A model generated the notes under the pieces. That model saw only the letters and a program-made list of their open reading frames with translations. It was not told the DNA's origin and did no database searches. From Eledone cirrhosa (Eukaryota), in assembly GCA_964016885.1 (NCBI GenBank), contig OZ024749.1:19034001-19098000 (forward strand): 64,000 nucleotides of DNA, given 5' to 3'. Both the position numbers and the translations under genes were made by a program. Below, piece after piece: positions 19,348 to 33,709 of this stretch. Position 1 is the stretch's first letter; every line of letters begins with the position of its first letter.

Positions 19348-19378
<31 letters not shown>

Positions 19379-19578
19379 GTATATATGTATATATATGTAT
19401 ATATATATATATTATATATATATATTATATATATATATTATATATATGTATATATATATATATTATATATATATATGTATATATATGTGTATATATATAT
19501 ATATGTATATATATATGTGTATATATATATATATTATATATATGTATATATATATATATATTATATATATGTATATGT
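18261..19578. repeat. (TA)n-derived microsatellite
   Basis: Directly visible. Confidence 0.97.
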
Positions 19579-19579
19579 A

Positions 19580-20483
19580 TCCTCATCATCATCATCAACG
19601 TTTAACGTCCGTGTTCCACGCTTGCATGGGTTTGGACGGGGGTAGTCCCACTTGAGGCAAGAGTGATTGTCTTGCTCGCATAGGACTGTCTGGCAGGCTT
19701 TCTACAGTTGGATGCCCTTCCTAACACCAACCACATTTACAGTGTGGGTCTGGGAGGTTTTTACCGTGTTGCCTACACGGCCACATTACAGCGTGGACTG
19801 TGTGTTTTTTTGTCGTGACACCTACACGATCTCATTTGTTTCGGCCTGGATGGCGCGGCACCAACATAACTTTACATAGAACGGGGTGGTGGCGGGACGG
19901 GGTGTAGTTTGTTAGAGATGCCTACTGGCAAGGCGGGTCTTCTCTGTTACTGAGTACCGCCAAAGGTCACGGTCCAGTGACATTGTCTTGGAGAGGTGTA
20001 AGTGTGTGAGGTCGGAGTTTATCAGCTCATCCCATGTTTTTCTAGGTCTGCCTATTCCGTGGCTACCGTCTATCTTTATTGCCCTGCACTTTGTAATACA
20101 GCTATCGACTTTCATGCGCATCACGTGTCCATACCAACGCAGCCTTCTCTCGAGTAAACAACATCTGATCCCTCTTATCTCTAATTTTTTCCTTAGTTCG
20201 TTTATGCTTTGCCGTTCACGTATATTACTGTTACACATCCAGCGGAGCATGCAAGCTTCGTTCCTCTCTAGTCTGCGTATATCCTCTGCACACAATGCCC
20301 AGGTCTCACTACCATGCAACATTGCTGTTCGTATGCAGGCATCGTACAACCTGCCTTTCATTTTTAGGGAGAACCCTTTAGCAGCTAATAGTGGTATAAG
20401 CTCTCTGAACTTTTTCCAACCAGTTCTGACTCTAGCTACAGTACTTTCAGAGCACCCTCCCCCACTGCTGATTTTATCGCCCA
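19580..20483 (-). mobile_element. RTE LINE 3' fragment with long 3' UTR
   Basis: [33 protein letters not shown]; tail GGACGTTAAACGTT(GAT)n. Confidence 0.9.
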
Positions 20484-20499
20484 ATATATATATATATAT

Positions 20500-21101
20500 G
20501 TCATCATCATCATCATCACCGTTTTACGTCCGTTCTTCCACGCTAGCATGGGTTAGACGGGTTGTCCTGTTGTGGGCAGTGTCTGGTCGGCTGACCATGC
20601 CTTGCTCATACAGGAACTGATCTGGCTTGATTTCTACAGCTGGATGCCCTTCCTAACACCAACCTCATTTACAGTGAGTGCTGGGTGCTTTTTCGTGGCG
20701 CCTACACGTCCACTTTACAGTGTGGGCTGGGTGCTTTTTTGCCGTGGCACCTCCACGACCACCTTGCGGTGGGGGGGGGGCATATTGTTTATATGCTTCA
20801 GCATGTACCCATGGGAGGTCGGGTACCCTGTATTACTGCGTGACGCCAGAAGTCACGGTCGTGTGTCATTGACTTTGAGAGGTGTAGTTGGGTAAGGTCG
20901 GCTTTTATCACCTCATCCCAAGTCATCTTGGGTCTCCCCACTCCGCGGTTTCCATCAACTTCTAGTGCTCTGCACCTTTTTATGCAGCTGTCATCCTTCA
21001 TACGCATCACATGTCCATACCAGCGTAACCGCCTCTCCTGCACGCAGCATTTGATTCCTCTTATGCTCAGTCTCTCTCTCAATTCATTTATGCTTTGTCG
21101 T
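20500..21101 (-). mobile_element. RTE LINE 3' fragment, second subfamily (3' UTR shared with SINE family A)
   Basis: [18 protein letters not shown]; UTR ~20610-20762 matches the SINE A tail. Confidence 0.88.
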
Positions 21102-21219
21102 ATATGTATATATATATATGTATATATATGTATATATATGTATATATATATATATATTATATATATATATGTATATATATGTATATATATATATATATGT
21201 ATATATATGTATATATATG

Positions 21220-21250
<31 letters not shown>

Positions 21251-21302
21251 GTATATATATGTATATATATATATATATTATATATATATATGTATATATA
21301 TG

Positions 21303-21333
<31 letters not shown>

Positions 21334-21393
21334 GTATATATATGTATATATATATATATTATATATATATATGTATATATATGTATATATATG

Positions 21394-21424
<31 letters not shown>

Positions 21425-21474
21425 GTATATATATGTATATATATATATATTATATATATATATGTATATATATG

Positions 21475-21507
<33 letters not shown>

Positions 21508-21546
21508 GTATATATATATATGTATATATATATATGTATATATATG

Positions 21547-21577
<31 letters not shown>

Positions 21578-21655
21578 GTATATATATGTATATATATATA
21601 TATTATATATATATGTATATATATGTATATATATGTATATATATATATGTATATG

Positions 21656-21686
<31 letters not shown>

Positions 21687-22150
21687 TATATATATATTAT
21701 ATATATATATTATATATATTATATATATATATTATATATATATGTATATATATATATATGTATATATATATGTATATATATATATGTATATATATATGTA
21801 TATATATATGTATATATATATATGTATATATATATGTATATATATATATATTATATATATATTATATATATATTATATATATATGTATATATATGTATAT
21901 ATATATGTATATATATATGTATATATATATGTATATTATATATGTATATATATGTATATTATATATGTATATATATATATATTATATATGTATATATATA
22001 TATATTATATATGTATATATATATTATATATATATATTATATATGTATATATATATTATATATATATATATTATATATATTATATATATATATTATATAT
22101 ATATATATTATATATATATATATAATATATGTATATATATATATATAATA
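21102..22150. repeat. (TA)n-derived microsatellite
   Basis: Directly visible. Confidence 0.97.
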
Positions 22151-24728
22151 ACGTGGTGGTGGAACAGTAAGGTGGAGGAGTCAATTAAGGCCAAAAAGCA
22201 GGCTTGGAAAGTATGGCGGGATGGGGGAAGCAGAGAACACTATCAAGTGGCCAGGAGGGAAGCTAGGAGACAAGTGTACTTCGCAAGAAGGGAAGCAGAG
22301 GAAAGAAAATTCAAGCATGTTCTACAATGCGAGGACCAAAAACATTAGGTTTCAGGATTGCTAGGCAATGTGTCAAGGAAAACAGTGATATTATCGGGGA
22401 GAAGTGTGTCCTTAATGATGATGTGGTACTTGCCATCACTGACGCTGATAAGAAGGAAGCTTGGAAGTGTCACTACGAAAGGCTACTAAATGAGGAGAAT
22501 AATTGGGAGAAAGACAGTCTTCCCCACATCGACCCAATAGAGGGACCAGCAGTGCAAGTTGAAGGTAGTATAATAAGTAAGGCGATCAAAGACATGAAGA
22601 TGGGCAAGGCGGCCGGCCTTCGGAAATAGTTGCTGAAATGCTGAAAGCATCTGGAACGGTGGGACACACTATGGTCACTCGGATAGTAAACCAAGTCATA
22701 CAGAATGGGGTTGTTCCGTAGCAGCATTGTCATTAACTGCTACAAGGGTAAAGGTGATGCCCTAGATAGGGGAAACTGTACAGGCATTAAATTAATTGAC
22801 CAGGTCATGAAGGTCACAGAAAAATGTAATAGCGCAACTAATCAGAGAGCGAATTGATCTAGACCAAATGCAATTCGGGTTTCTGTCAGGTAAAAGTACA
22901 ACAGACGCTCTTTTCATTGTACGACAACTACAGGAGAAGTACCTAAAAGTAGCTTAAAGTAAACCCCTATACTTAGCCTTTGTTGACTTGGAGAAAGCTT
23001 TTGACAGAATACCCCGCTCGATTATCTGGTGGGCCCTTAGAAAACTAGGTGTTGATGAATGGCTTGTGAGAGCTATACAAGCCATGTATAAAGAAACAGT
23101 CAGCAAGGTTAGAATTGACAACGAATATAGTGACAACGAATAAGAGTTTAGCGTAAAAGTTGGTGTTCATCAGGGCTCCGTCCTTAGCCCCCTACTATTT
23201 ATTATTGCCCTTCAGGCTATAACAGAGGAGTTCAAGACCGGCTGCCCATGGGAACTCCTATATGCAGATGATCTAACGTTCATAGCTGAATCAATGGCGG
23301 AACTAGAGAAGAAATTCCAAACATGGAAGCATGGCCTAGAATCAAAATGCCTTAAAGTTAACTTGTCTAAGACTAAAGTTCTAGTTTGTAGGAAGGAAAA
23401 TAGGGCACCGGTCCCATCTGGGAAATGGCCATGCTCAGTGTGTAGGAAAGGAGTAGGCAGAAACTCCATTTTATGTCCCAAATGCAAAGTATGGGTGCAT
23501 AAAAGATGTAGTGGAATCACAAGTAAACTAACTAAGAATATAGATTTTATATGTGGCCGGTGCTCTGGTACAATAAGTAGCAGCAAGTGCCCACAGAATA
23601 CTAGCTCATTCCATTGCACAGATGGTTCTATGGAAATAGTGGACAGCTTCCATTACCTGGGTGACAAAATCAGCAGAGGGGGAGGGTGCTCTGAAAGTAC
23701 AGTAGCTAGATTCAGAACTGGATGGAGAAAGTTCAGAGAGCTTATACCACTATTAGCCGCTAAAGGGTTCTCCCTAAAAATGAAAAGCAGGCTGTATGAT
23801 GGCTGCATACGAACAGCAATGTTACATGGCAGTGAGACCTGGGCATTGTGTGCAGAGGATATACGCAGACTGGAGAGAAATGAAGCTTGAATGCTCCGCT
23901 GGATGTGTAATAGTAATATGCATGAACGGCAAAGCATAAACGAACTAAGGGAGAAATTAGGAATAAGAGGGATCAGATGTTGTTTACTCGAGAGAAGACT
24001 ACGTTGGTATGGACACCTGATGCGCATGAAAGACGACAGCTTTATAAAAAAAGTGCAGGGCGATCAAAATAGATGGTAGCCACGGAGTAGGCAGACCTAG
24101 AAAAACCTGGGACGACTTGATAAATTCCGACCTCACACACTTACACCTCTCCAAGACAATGTCACTAGACCGAGATCTTTGGCGCTACACAGTTATACAG
24201 AAGACTCGCCTTGCCTAAGTACAAAGCGACACCTACAGTCAGTAGGCACCTCTAACAAAATACACCCCCGTCCCACTACCCTCACCCCATCCGCACCACC
24301 CCCTAAAATGTGAAATTATGTTGGTACCACAACATCCAGTCCAAAACAAATCGTGTAGGTGTCACAACAAAAAAACACACAGTCCACGCTGTAATGTGGC
24401 CGTGTAGCTAACACGGTAAAAACCTCCCAGTACACACTGTAAACGTGGTTGGTGTTGGGAAGGGCACCCAACCGTAGAAAACCCGCCAGACGTGTAGGTG
24501 TCACGACAATAAAATACACAGTCCACGCTGTAATGTGGCCGTGTAGGTATCATCGTAAAAATCTCCCAGTCCACACTGTAAACATGGTTGGTGTTAGGAA
24601 GGGCATCCAACCGTAGAAAACTCGCCAGACAGTCCTGAACAAGACAACCAATCTTGCCTCAAGTGGACAATTCCCGTCCAGACCCATGCTAGCCTGGAAA
24701 ATGGACGTTAAACGATGATGATGATGAT
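22151..24728 (+). mobile_element. 5'-truncated, degenerate RTE LINE
   Basis: TWWWN.., MKMGKAAG, YADD, PHD-like insert, GSETW, RLRWYGH; several stops and frameshifts; ~140-bp duplication in the 3' UTR; (GAT)n tail. Confidence 0.93.
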
Positions 24729-24734
24729 AATATA

Positions 24735-25477
24735 TACTATAGAGTAAAGCATGTCCAGAGAATTATTTGATAATATATATACATCATCTCTACTTTCAAT
24801 CAGCATAATTAACCACACAAAAAATCAATTAGACCAGGCTATAAGAATAAAAGGCACCTATGAAGAAACAGTAAATAAATACGCCACAGCGGCGTCTACG
24901 CGTCCAAGCGCTATAGAATATTTACCCAACATTTCATCAGCACGTGGAAATTAATTAAATATACGGTCAACCATACATAATTAGGTAAAAATTAATGTTA
25001 TAAATGCTTATATACATACCAGGATTAAATCACTAAATCCCGACCCATGGGTTTCGCTCACTTTTAAGATATCTTATTAAGGATAATACTCGAGTTTAGA
25101 GCTCTTCAGGGGACAAACTCGCTAGGACATATTATTTTCCGAAGTGGCCCCCGCCAAACACGAATTCAAAATGGTTGAGAACTGTGACGTGGCAGTGGTC
25201 AAGTCAGGAAGTGATTGGTTGCTTACGGCGAGTGGGTTGGTTGCTAGAAAGCGCAGCCCAATATCGCCCAAATTGTATCTCAACCTTATGAGAGATTATT
25301 AAATATAAATATTTACACATACACCAATTAAACAAAGTCACAGGTATATATGTGTTTTGGCAACTATTCACGATGTGGCTCAATGAAGAATTAATAAATT
25401 AAATAATCAGAGCAAAATACTATAGAGTAAAGCATGTCCAGAGAATTATTTGATAGTATATATACATCATCTCTACT
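24735..25477 (-). mobile_element. 683-bp unit with ~60-bp terminal redundancy and an HHR (retrozyme-like 1.1-mer)
   Basis: TACTATAGAGTAAAGCATGTCCAGAGAATT.. at 24735 and 25418. Confidence 0.75.
25037..25114 (-). ncRNA. type I hammerhead ribozyme
   Basis: GTCCC-CTGAAGA-GCTC..39 nt..GAGC-GAAA-CCCATGGG-TC-GGGAT; GUC cleavage triplet. Confidence 0.9.
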
Positions 25478-25516
25478 CCCAATCAATTGGTGTATGTGTA
25501 AATATTTATATATAAT

Positions 25517-25558
<42 letters not shown>

Positions 25559-25690
25559 AATATATATATATATATATTATATATATATAATATATATATA
25601 TATATATTATATATATATATATTATATATATATAATATATATATATATATATTATATATATATAATATATATATATATATATTATATATA

Positions 25691-25732
<42 letters not shown>

Positions 25733-25930
25733 TATATATATATTATATATATATATATTATATATATATATATTATATATATATATATATATATAATATA
25801 TATATATATAATATATATATATATAATATATATATATATAATATATATATATATATTATATATATATATATTATATATATATATAATATATATATATATA
25901 TAATATATATATATATATTATATATATATA

Positions 25931-25970
<40 letters not shown>

Positions 25971-26146
25971 TATATATAATATATATATATATTCCATGCT
26001 AGCGTGGAAAGTGGACGTTAAATGAGGATGACGATGATGATGATTATAAGGCGACCGATCGAACTAGAAACTGATAAATATGTGGCTGCCTTCTTGTCTC
26101 TCTGCCTTTTCAGCCCCATGGATTATATTCCTTTGTTAAATTTCGA

Positions 26147-26204
26147 ATACCTGATGATGTCACCGGATTCATACTGAACCCGGTCATTAAAATGTTCATA
26201 GTAT
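26147..26204 (+). ncRNA. degenerate hammerhead (GAAA mutated)
   Basis: ATAC-CTGATGA-..ACCGG..CCGGT..-AAAA-TGTTCA-TA-GTAT. Confidence 0.45.
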
Positions 26205-26555
26205 AATAAACCTTTAAGGAATTACACCAGTCCAGCCTTATTTTATAATAATTAACTCCATACTCGCACCACCAATAACACAAACAAAGACGGGTGAGTT
26301 GCATTTCGTCGAGTGTTCTCCCTAATATTACATCGAGGTTGACCATACGGAATGACCAGTTCTATCCAGTGGTGAACCAACAAACCTAAATATATATATA
26401 TATATATATTTTTTGTTATTTATGTTAAATACGGGAGTTTTTGTCGTATTGAACAGAACAAATCTTGTATTTTTGTTTTTTTGTTAATCGCTTGTTAAAC
26501 ACGGGGATCGCATACAATCCTAACCTTCCAGCTAGCTACCCAACACCCCTCCCAT

Positions 26556-26722
26556 CCGCCCCCACGCACCACCATTGTTATTACGTGGACCAATCATAAG
26601 CCAGAGCCCCCACGCAGCACCATTCCGCCCCCACGCACCACCATTGTTATTACGTGGACCAATCATAAGCCAGAGCCCCCACGCAGCACCATTGTTATTA
26701 CGCGGACCAATCATAAGCCAGA
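26556..26722. repeat. short GC-rich tandem repeat, 3 copies of CACCATTGTTATTACGTGGACCAATCATAAGCCAGAG
   Basis: Directly visible. Confidence 0.9.
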
Positions 26723-26773
26723 GGCCTATACTATCGCTTGCCCGGTTGCCTTTCGATATATGATGTGACATTG

Positions 26774-27226
26774 TCTCTCCAAGACAATGTCACTGGACCG
26801 AGACCTTTGGCGGTACTCAGTAACAGAGAAGACCCGCCTTACCTAAATACATAGTAAAACCTACTACAGCCAGTAGGCATCTCTAACAAAATACACCCCG
26901 TCCCACCACCCCCACCCCATCCACACCACCCCGTTCTATGTAAAGTTATGTTGGTGCTGCGCCATCCAGGCCGAAACAAATTAGATCGTGTAGGTGTCAC
27001 GACAAAAAAACACACAGTCCACGCTGTAATGTGGCCGTGTAGGCAACACGGTAAAAACCTCCCAGACCCACACTGTAAATGTGGTTGGTGTTAGGAAGGG
27101 CATCCAACTGTAGAAAACCTGCCAGACAGTCCTATGCGAGCAAGACAATCACTCTTGCCTCAAGTGGGACCACCCCCGTCCAAACCCATGCAAGCGTGGA
27201 ACACGGACGTTAAACGTTGATGATGA
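26774..27226 (+). mobile_element. RTE LINE 3' end fragment
   Basis: Close match to the reverse complement of 19585-19995; (GAT)n tail. Confidence 0.88.
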
Positions 27227-30040
27227 TATATATATATATATATATATTATATTATATTATATTATATTATATTATACTATATTATATTATATATTATATT
27301 ATATTATATTATATTATATTATATTATATTATATTATATTATATTATATTATATTATATTATATTATATTATATTATATTATATTATATTATATTATATT
27401 ATATTATATTATATTATATTATATTATATTATATTATATTATATTATATTATATTATATTATATTATATTATATTATATTATATTATATTATATTATATT
27501 ATATTATATTATATTATATTATATTATATTATATTATATTATATTATATTATATTATATTATATTATATTATATTATATTATATTATATTATATTATATT
27601 ATATTATATTATATTATATTATATTATATTATATTATATTATATTATATTATATTATATATATATTATATTATATTATATTATATTATATTATATTATTA
27701 TATATCTATTTATATTATATTATATATATATATTATATTATATTATATTATATTATATTATATTATATTATATTATATTTATATTATATTATATTATATT
27801 ATATTATATTATATTATATTATATATTTATATTATATTATATTATATTATATTATATTATATTATATTATATTATATTATATTATATTATATTATATTAT
27901 ATTATATTATATTATATTATATTATATATATTATTATATTATATTATATTATATTATATTATATTATATTATATTATATTATATTATATTATATTATATT
28001 ATATTATATTATATTATATTATATTATATTATATTATATTATATATATTATATTATATTATATTATATTATATTATATTATATTATATTATATTATTATT
28101 ATATTATATTATATTATATTATATTATATTATATTATATTATATTATATTATATTATATTATTTATATTATATTTATTATATTATATTATATTATATTAT
28201 ATTATTGTATATTATATTTATATTATTTATTATATTTATATTATATTATATTATTTTATATTATATTATATTATATTATATTATATTATATTATATTATA
28301 TTATATTATATTATATTATATTATATTATATTTATATTATATTATATTATATTATATTATTATTATATTATATTATATTATATTTTATTATATTATATTA
28401 TATTATTTTATATTATTATATTATATTATATTATATTATATTATATTATATTATATTATATTATATATATATTATAATTTATATTATATTTATATTTTAT
28501 ATTATATTATATTATATTATATTATAATTATATTATATTATATTATATATTATATTATATTATATTATATATTATATTATATTATATTATATTATATTAT
28601 ATTATATATTATATTATATATTATATTATATTATACTTATACTAATACTATACTATACTATACTATACTATACTATACTATACTATACTATACTATACTA
28701 TACTATACTAACTATACTATACTATACTATACTATATAATATATACTATATACTATATACTATATAATATATAATATATAATATATAATATATAATATAT
28801 TATATATATATATATATTATATATATATATAATATATATATATATAATATATATATATATAATATATATATATATAATATATATATATATAATATATATA
28901 TATATAATATATATAATATATATATATATAATATATATATATATAATATATATATATATAATATATATATATATAATATATATATATATAATATATATAT
29001 ATATAATATATATATATATAATATATATATATATAATATATATATATATATAATATATATATATATAATATATATATATATATAATATATATATATATAA
29101 TATATATATATATATAATATATATATATATAATATATATATATATATAATATATATATATATATAATATATAATATATATATATAATATATATATATAAT
29201 ATATATATATATAATATATAATATATATATATAATATATATATATAATATATAATATATAATATATATATATAATATATAATATATAATATATAATATAT
29301 ATATAATATATATATATAATATATAATATATATATAATATATATATAATATATATATATAATATATAATATATATATAATATATATATATAATATATAAT
29401 ATATATATATAATATATAATATATATATATAATATATAATATATATATATAATATATAATATATATATAATATATATATATAATATATAATATATATATA
29501 ATATATATATAATATATATATATATATAATATATATATATATATAATATATAATATATATATATAATATATAATATATATATATAATATATAATATATAT
29601 ATATAATATATAATATATATATATAATATATATAATATATAATATATATATATAATATATAATATATATATATAATATATAATATATATATATAATATAT
29701 AATATATATATATAATATATAATATATATATATAATATATAATATATAATATATATATATATAATATATATATATATAATATATATATAATATATATATA
29801 TAATATATATATAATATATATATATATAATATATATATAATATATATATATATAATATATATATAATATATATAATATATATATAATATATATATATATA
29901 ATATATATATAATATATATATATATAATATATATATAATATATATATATATAATATATATATATATAATATATATATAATATATATATATATAATATATA
30001 TATATATAATATATATATAATATATATATATATAATATAT
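27227..30040. repeat. compound microsatellite: (TATAT)n, then (TACTA)n, then (TA)n/TAA
   Basis: Directly visible. Confidence 0.95.
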
Positions 30041-30045
30041 TCAGG

Positions 30046-30195
30046 GAATTGGCAGAGTCGTTAGAACATCGGATAGAATGCTTTATGGTATTCGTTCTGG
30101 CTCTCTGCTCTCTGAGTTCAAATCCCACCAGGTTAACTTTGCCTTTTATCCTTTCGAGGTCAATGAAAAAAAACTACCATTGTAGTACTGAGGTT
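30046..30195 (+). mobile_element. diverged SINE family B (Meta-domain-like)
   Basis: TGGCAGAGTCG A box, GAGTTCAAATC B box, GGTTAACTTTGCCTTT. Confidence 0.65.
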
Positions 30196-30209
30196 GATTC
30201 TTCTTCTAT

Positions 30210-30643
30210 ATCATCATCACCGTTTTCCGTCCGTTCTTCCATTCTAGACCGGTTAGACGGGTTGTCCTGTTGTGGGCAGTGTCTGGTTGGCTGACCTTGT
30301 CTTGCTCATATGGGGGCTGATTCTGGCTTGATTTCTACAGCTGGAAGCCCTTCCTAACACCAATCTCATTTACAGTGAGCAGTGGGTGCTCTTTTTCCAT
30401 GGCGCCTACACATCCACTTTACGGTGTGGGTTGGGTGCTTTTTTGCCGTGGCACCTCCACGACCACTTTACAGTGGAATGATATGGACCTCAGTCCCTAT
30501 CATCTCATTTCTACAGCTGAGTAAACTGGAGCAATGTGAAATAAAGTGTCTTGCTCAAGGAAACAACACATCACCCGGTCCGAGAATTGAACTCACAACC
30601 TTTCGATTGCAAGGCCAATGCTCTAACCACTAAGCCATGTGCC
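30210..30643 (-). mobile_element. SINE family A with the full tail of the 20500-21101 RTE subfamily
   Basis: Head as 21-364; tail matches 20510-20762. Confidence 0.85.
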
Positions 30644-30823
30644 TTTCTCATTTCCTCTCTCTCACTTTTCTATCTTTCTCTGGAAGAGATCTGCTGTACT
30701 CAGTCCTAGAGAGGGATGGACTACACCAGGCTTAAAATGCCTTAGAAACACTGTATGTCAATTCGGCACCCCTACAACTCTATCAAGTGTTACGGGACCA
30801 TACAAACATTATACATTATATCG

Positions 30824-30998
30824 TGGATTGGCAGTATCGGGTCAGACGCCATGTTTTGCAGCAAAGAGTTACCTTTATGGTCTGAGTTGAAATCCCGCCG
30901 AGGTTAACTTTGCCTTTCATCCTTACGGGGTCGATAAAATAAAGTACCAGTAATGCACTGGGATAATTGCTGGCCTTGTGCCAAAAGTAGAAACAATT
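30824..30998 (+). mobile_element. SINE family B (tRNA-like head, Meta-domain-like core)
   Basis: GGATTGGCAGTATCGG..GAGGTTAACTTTGCCTTTCATCCTTACGGGGTCGATAAAATAAAGTACCAGT; multiple copies in the window. Confidence 0.8.
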
Positions 30999-31449
30999 AT
31001 ATATTATATCATATATATATCTATATGTATATATTAAACAAGAGAGAACAAAATTTCATTGAAACATTTTATTCAAATTACACATATTGACACCAGAGCC
31101 AGGCCTATTTTAATCGATCATGACCTTGAACTGATCATTTGTGAAACACCTGTTACGTATGATTATAAATAAAACATATTGGACTGAGACTCTGTTCTGT
31201 CTTTTAATATAAACACTGTAAATTACAACATTAACAAACTAATGTTGCTCCTGATAGACTCTTTCAATACAGAATATCATATTCATGTATTGAGTACTTA
31301 AACTAGTGCCATCTACAGTAATATCACCAACTGACCTGATGCAGAGTCAGGCTTCAGTCATCCATCAATATTGCACCTTGAACTGATTGAAACAATTGCC
31401 ATATGTAAATAAAGTTTATATATGGTGCCTTCTTGAGACTTTGATCTGG

Positions 31450-31488
<39 letters not shown>

Positions 31489-31489
31489 G

Positions 31490-31790
31490 CAGAGGCATAA
31501 CTAGGGAAAATAGTGCCTATGGCAAGCATTGAAATTGCACCACTGCCCAGCACTGTATTTTTACCTATGGAGGCCTAATAATTTATATAAATGTTTTAAT
31601 GATCCAGCCACCATAGTGTTTCTCAGCCATGATAATCAGCGACAGATCATATATCTGAAGGAGTTTCTTTTTTCACTCTCTGACGAGGTATATTTGACTT
31701 TAATGGAACACGCTCCTAGTCCAAGTGGCGCCCCCCTTCATATGGCACTATAGCACGTACCAAGCTTGCCATAACCTAGTTATGCCTCTG
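31490..31790. mobile_element. MITE with 16-bp perfect TIRs (hAT-like termini)
   Basis: CAGAGGCATAACTAGG ... CCTAGTTATGCCTCTG; imperfect 8-bp flanks TATTTATG/TATATATA. Confidence 0.75.
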
Positions 31791-32351
31791 TATATATATA
31801 TATATATATATATTGAGTCCAGAAATAGCCGTCGAAACGGCTTGCGCTCTGCCATCAGGGTCATACTTTCTCCTACTTACTCACTCTACTACCCGAAGTA
31901 TTGAGTACTCTGGTGCGTTATGGTCCATATTTATTCCACACTAGCATGGGTTAGACGGGTTGTCCTATTTGAGGCAAGTTAAGGTCAGATGACCATGTCT
32001 TGCTTATATATATATATACATACATTAGAGAGAGAGAGATAACAGGCTGAATGAATTGGGGAGTATAACCCAAGGAAACTTAAGCAGCTGTATATGTAAC
32101 TCTTGTAACTAATTATACTTAACTTGTCCTATGGACTGAGTGCTCTTACACTGGGTATTTTAGCATGGCACCAACACTACCACCATACAGGATGGACTAC
32201 ATATTCTTTGTGACACACCAACGCCACTACTTTTCAACATTTTATATCAGTACATCATACCTATCTACTCTCTGGGGTACTGGGTACTTTGTGTTTGTAA
32301 GTCTTGTTCTCACGAACAAAATACAAGAATATTATATATATATCGTCCTTG

Positions 32352-32533
32352 TTGGTAGTATTGGTAGAGGGTCGGACGCCATGCTTTGACGCATAGAGTT
32401 ATGGCCCTTGCCATTCTGAGTTCAAATCCTGCCGAGGTTAACTTTGCCTTTCATCCTTACGGGGTCGATAAAATAAAGTACCAGTAATGCACTGGGATAA
32501 TTGCTGGCCTTGTGCCAAAAGTAGAAACAATTA
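32352..32533 (+). mobile_element. SINE family B
   Basis: Matches 30824-30998. Confidence 0.8.
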
Positions 32534-32569
32534 TTTATTATACATGCATATATATATATGAATGATATA

Positions 32570-32840
32570 TATATATATATTTTTACATATATTCAAGAAC
32601 CTGAAAGATTTATGGGATAAGTGAAGTGTGTATGTATATATATATATATACTTGTATGTGTGTGTAATATCTTTTATATATATATCATCCTCATCATCAT
32701 CATCATACGTCCACTTTACCCTGCTTGCAATATATATATATATATATTACACACACATACAAGTATATATATATATACATACACACTTCACTTATCCCAT
32801 AAATCTTTCAGGTTCTTGAATATATGGAAAAATATATATA
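32570..32840. repeat. ~100-bp inverted repeat around a SINE/RTE tail fragment
   Basis: Arms ~32570-32670 and ~32744-32840. Confidence 0.85.
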
Positions 32841-33330
32841 TTTGCATGTAAGTATCTAATTTTGTATGTATATATATATATACATACATACAAAATTTGA
32901 TACTTACATGCAAATATATATGCATTGAGGCACATACATACCCATGAGTATGTATGTATGTATGTATGTATGTATGTATGTATGTATGTATGTATATATA
33001 CATATTTGATGTATACAATTTTATACACTCACTGATTGATAAATAGCTGGAGGGTTTGTTTGATATTGTTTGTTTGGCTCTAAATTTATTTGTTACTGAA
33101 TTTCTACAAGATTTTTCTACAATTTCTGTGTATGTCTGTGGGAGTGTGTATGTGAGTTTCTCTGCACATGTGCCTGCATGCATATGTATGTCTGAATGTG
33201 TGTGTGTATGTGTTTGTATATGTGTGTGTATATATATATATATATATACGTGTGTTTAATGTTAGCTATGGTGCTTCCATAGGCGGTATGCCAGTTAAGC
33301 ACTCAATGTTCTTACAGAGCAGAGTGTAAA

Positions 33331-33636
33331 TAATATAAACAAACGAAAAATCAGTGATGCAGACTCAGTTTATTGCGCGTTACAATTGTTTCGCCGGCAG
33401 ATAGCTCGAGACATGATCATTGAGTGGATCTGCCTGATTCTACGGCTGCAGGTTCTTTGGACACATGCAATGCTTTCGGAGAAAATTTGCTCCGAAAGCA
33501 TTGCATGCCGTAGAATCAGAACCTGCAGCCGTAGAATCAGGCAGATCCACTCAATGATCATGTCTCGAGCTATCTGCCGGCGAAACAATTGTAACGCGCA
33601 ATAAACTGAGTCTGCATCACTGATTTTTCGTTTGTT

Positions 33637-33643
<7 letters not shown>
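33331..33643. repeat. foldback with 126-bp perfect arms and an inner 18-bp hairpin
   Basis: 33331-33456 is the reverse complement of 33518-33643; inner CATGCAATGCTTTCGGAG/CTCCGAAAGCATTGCATG. Confidence 0.95.

Positions 33644-33704
<61 letters not shown>

Positions 33705-33709
<5 letters not shown>

Noticed and set aside
32596-32630. HHR-like CTGAAAGA-hairpin-GAAG
   Set aside because: Both core boxes deviate and stems I and III are absent
33370-33604. Mirror-image 72-aa ORFs (also 297-524/441-701)
   Set aside because: A consequence of the DNA palindromes
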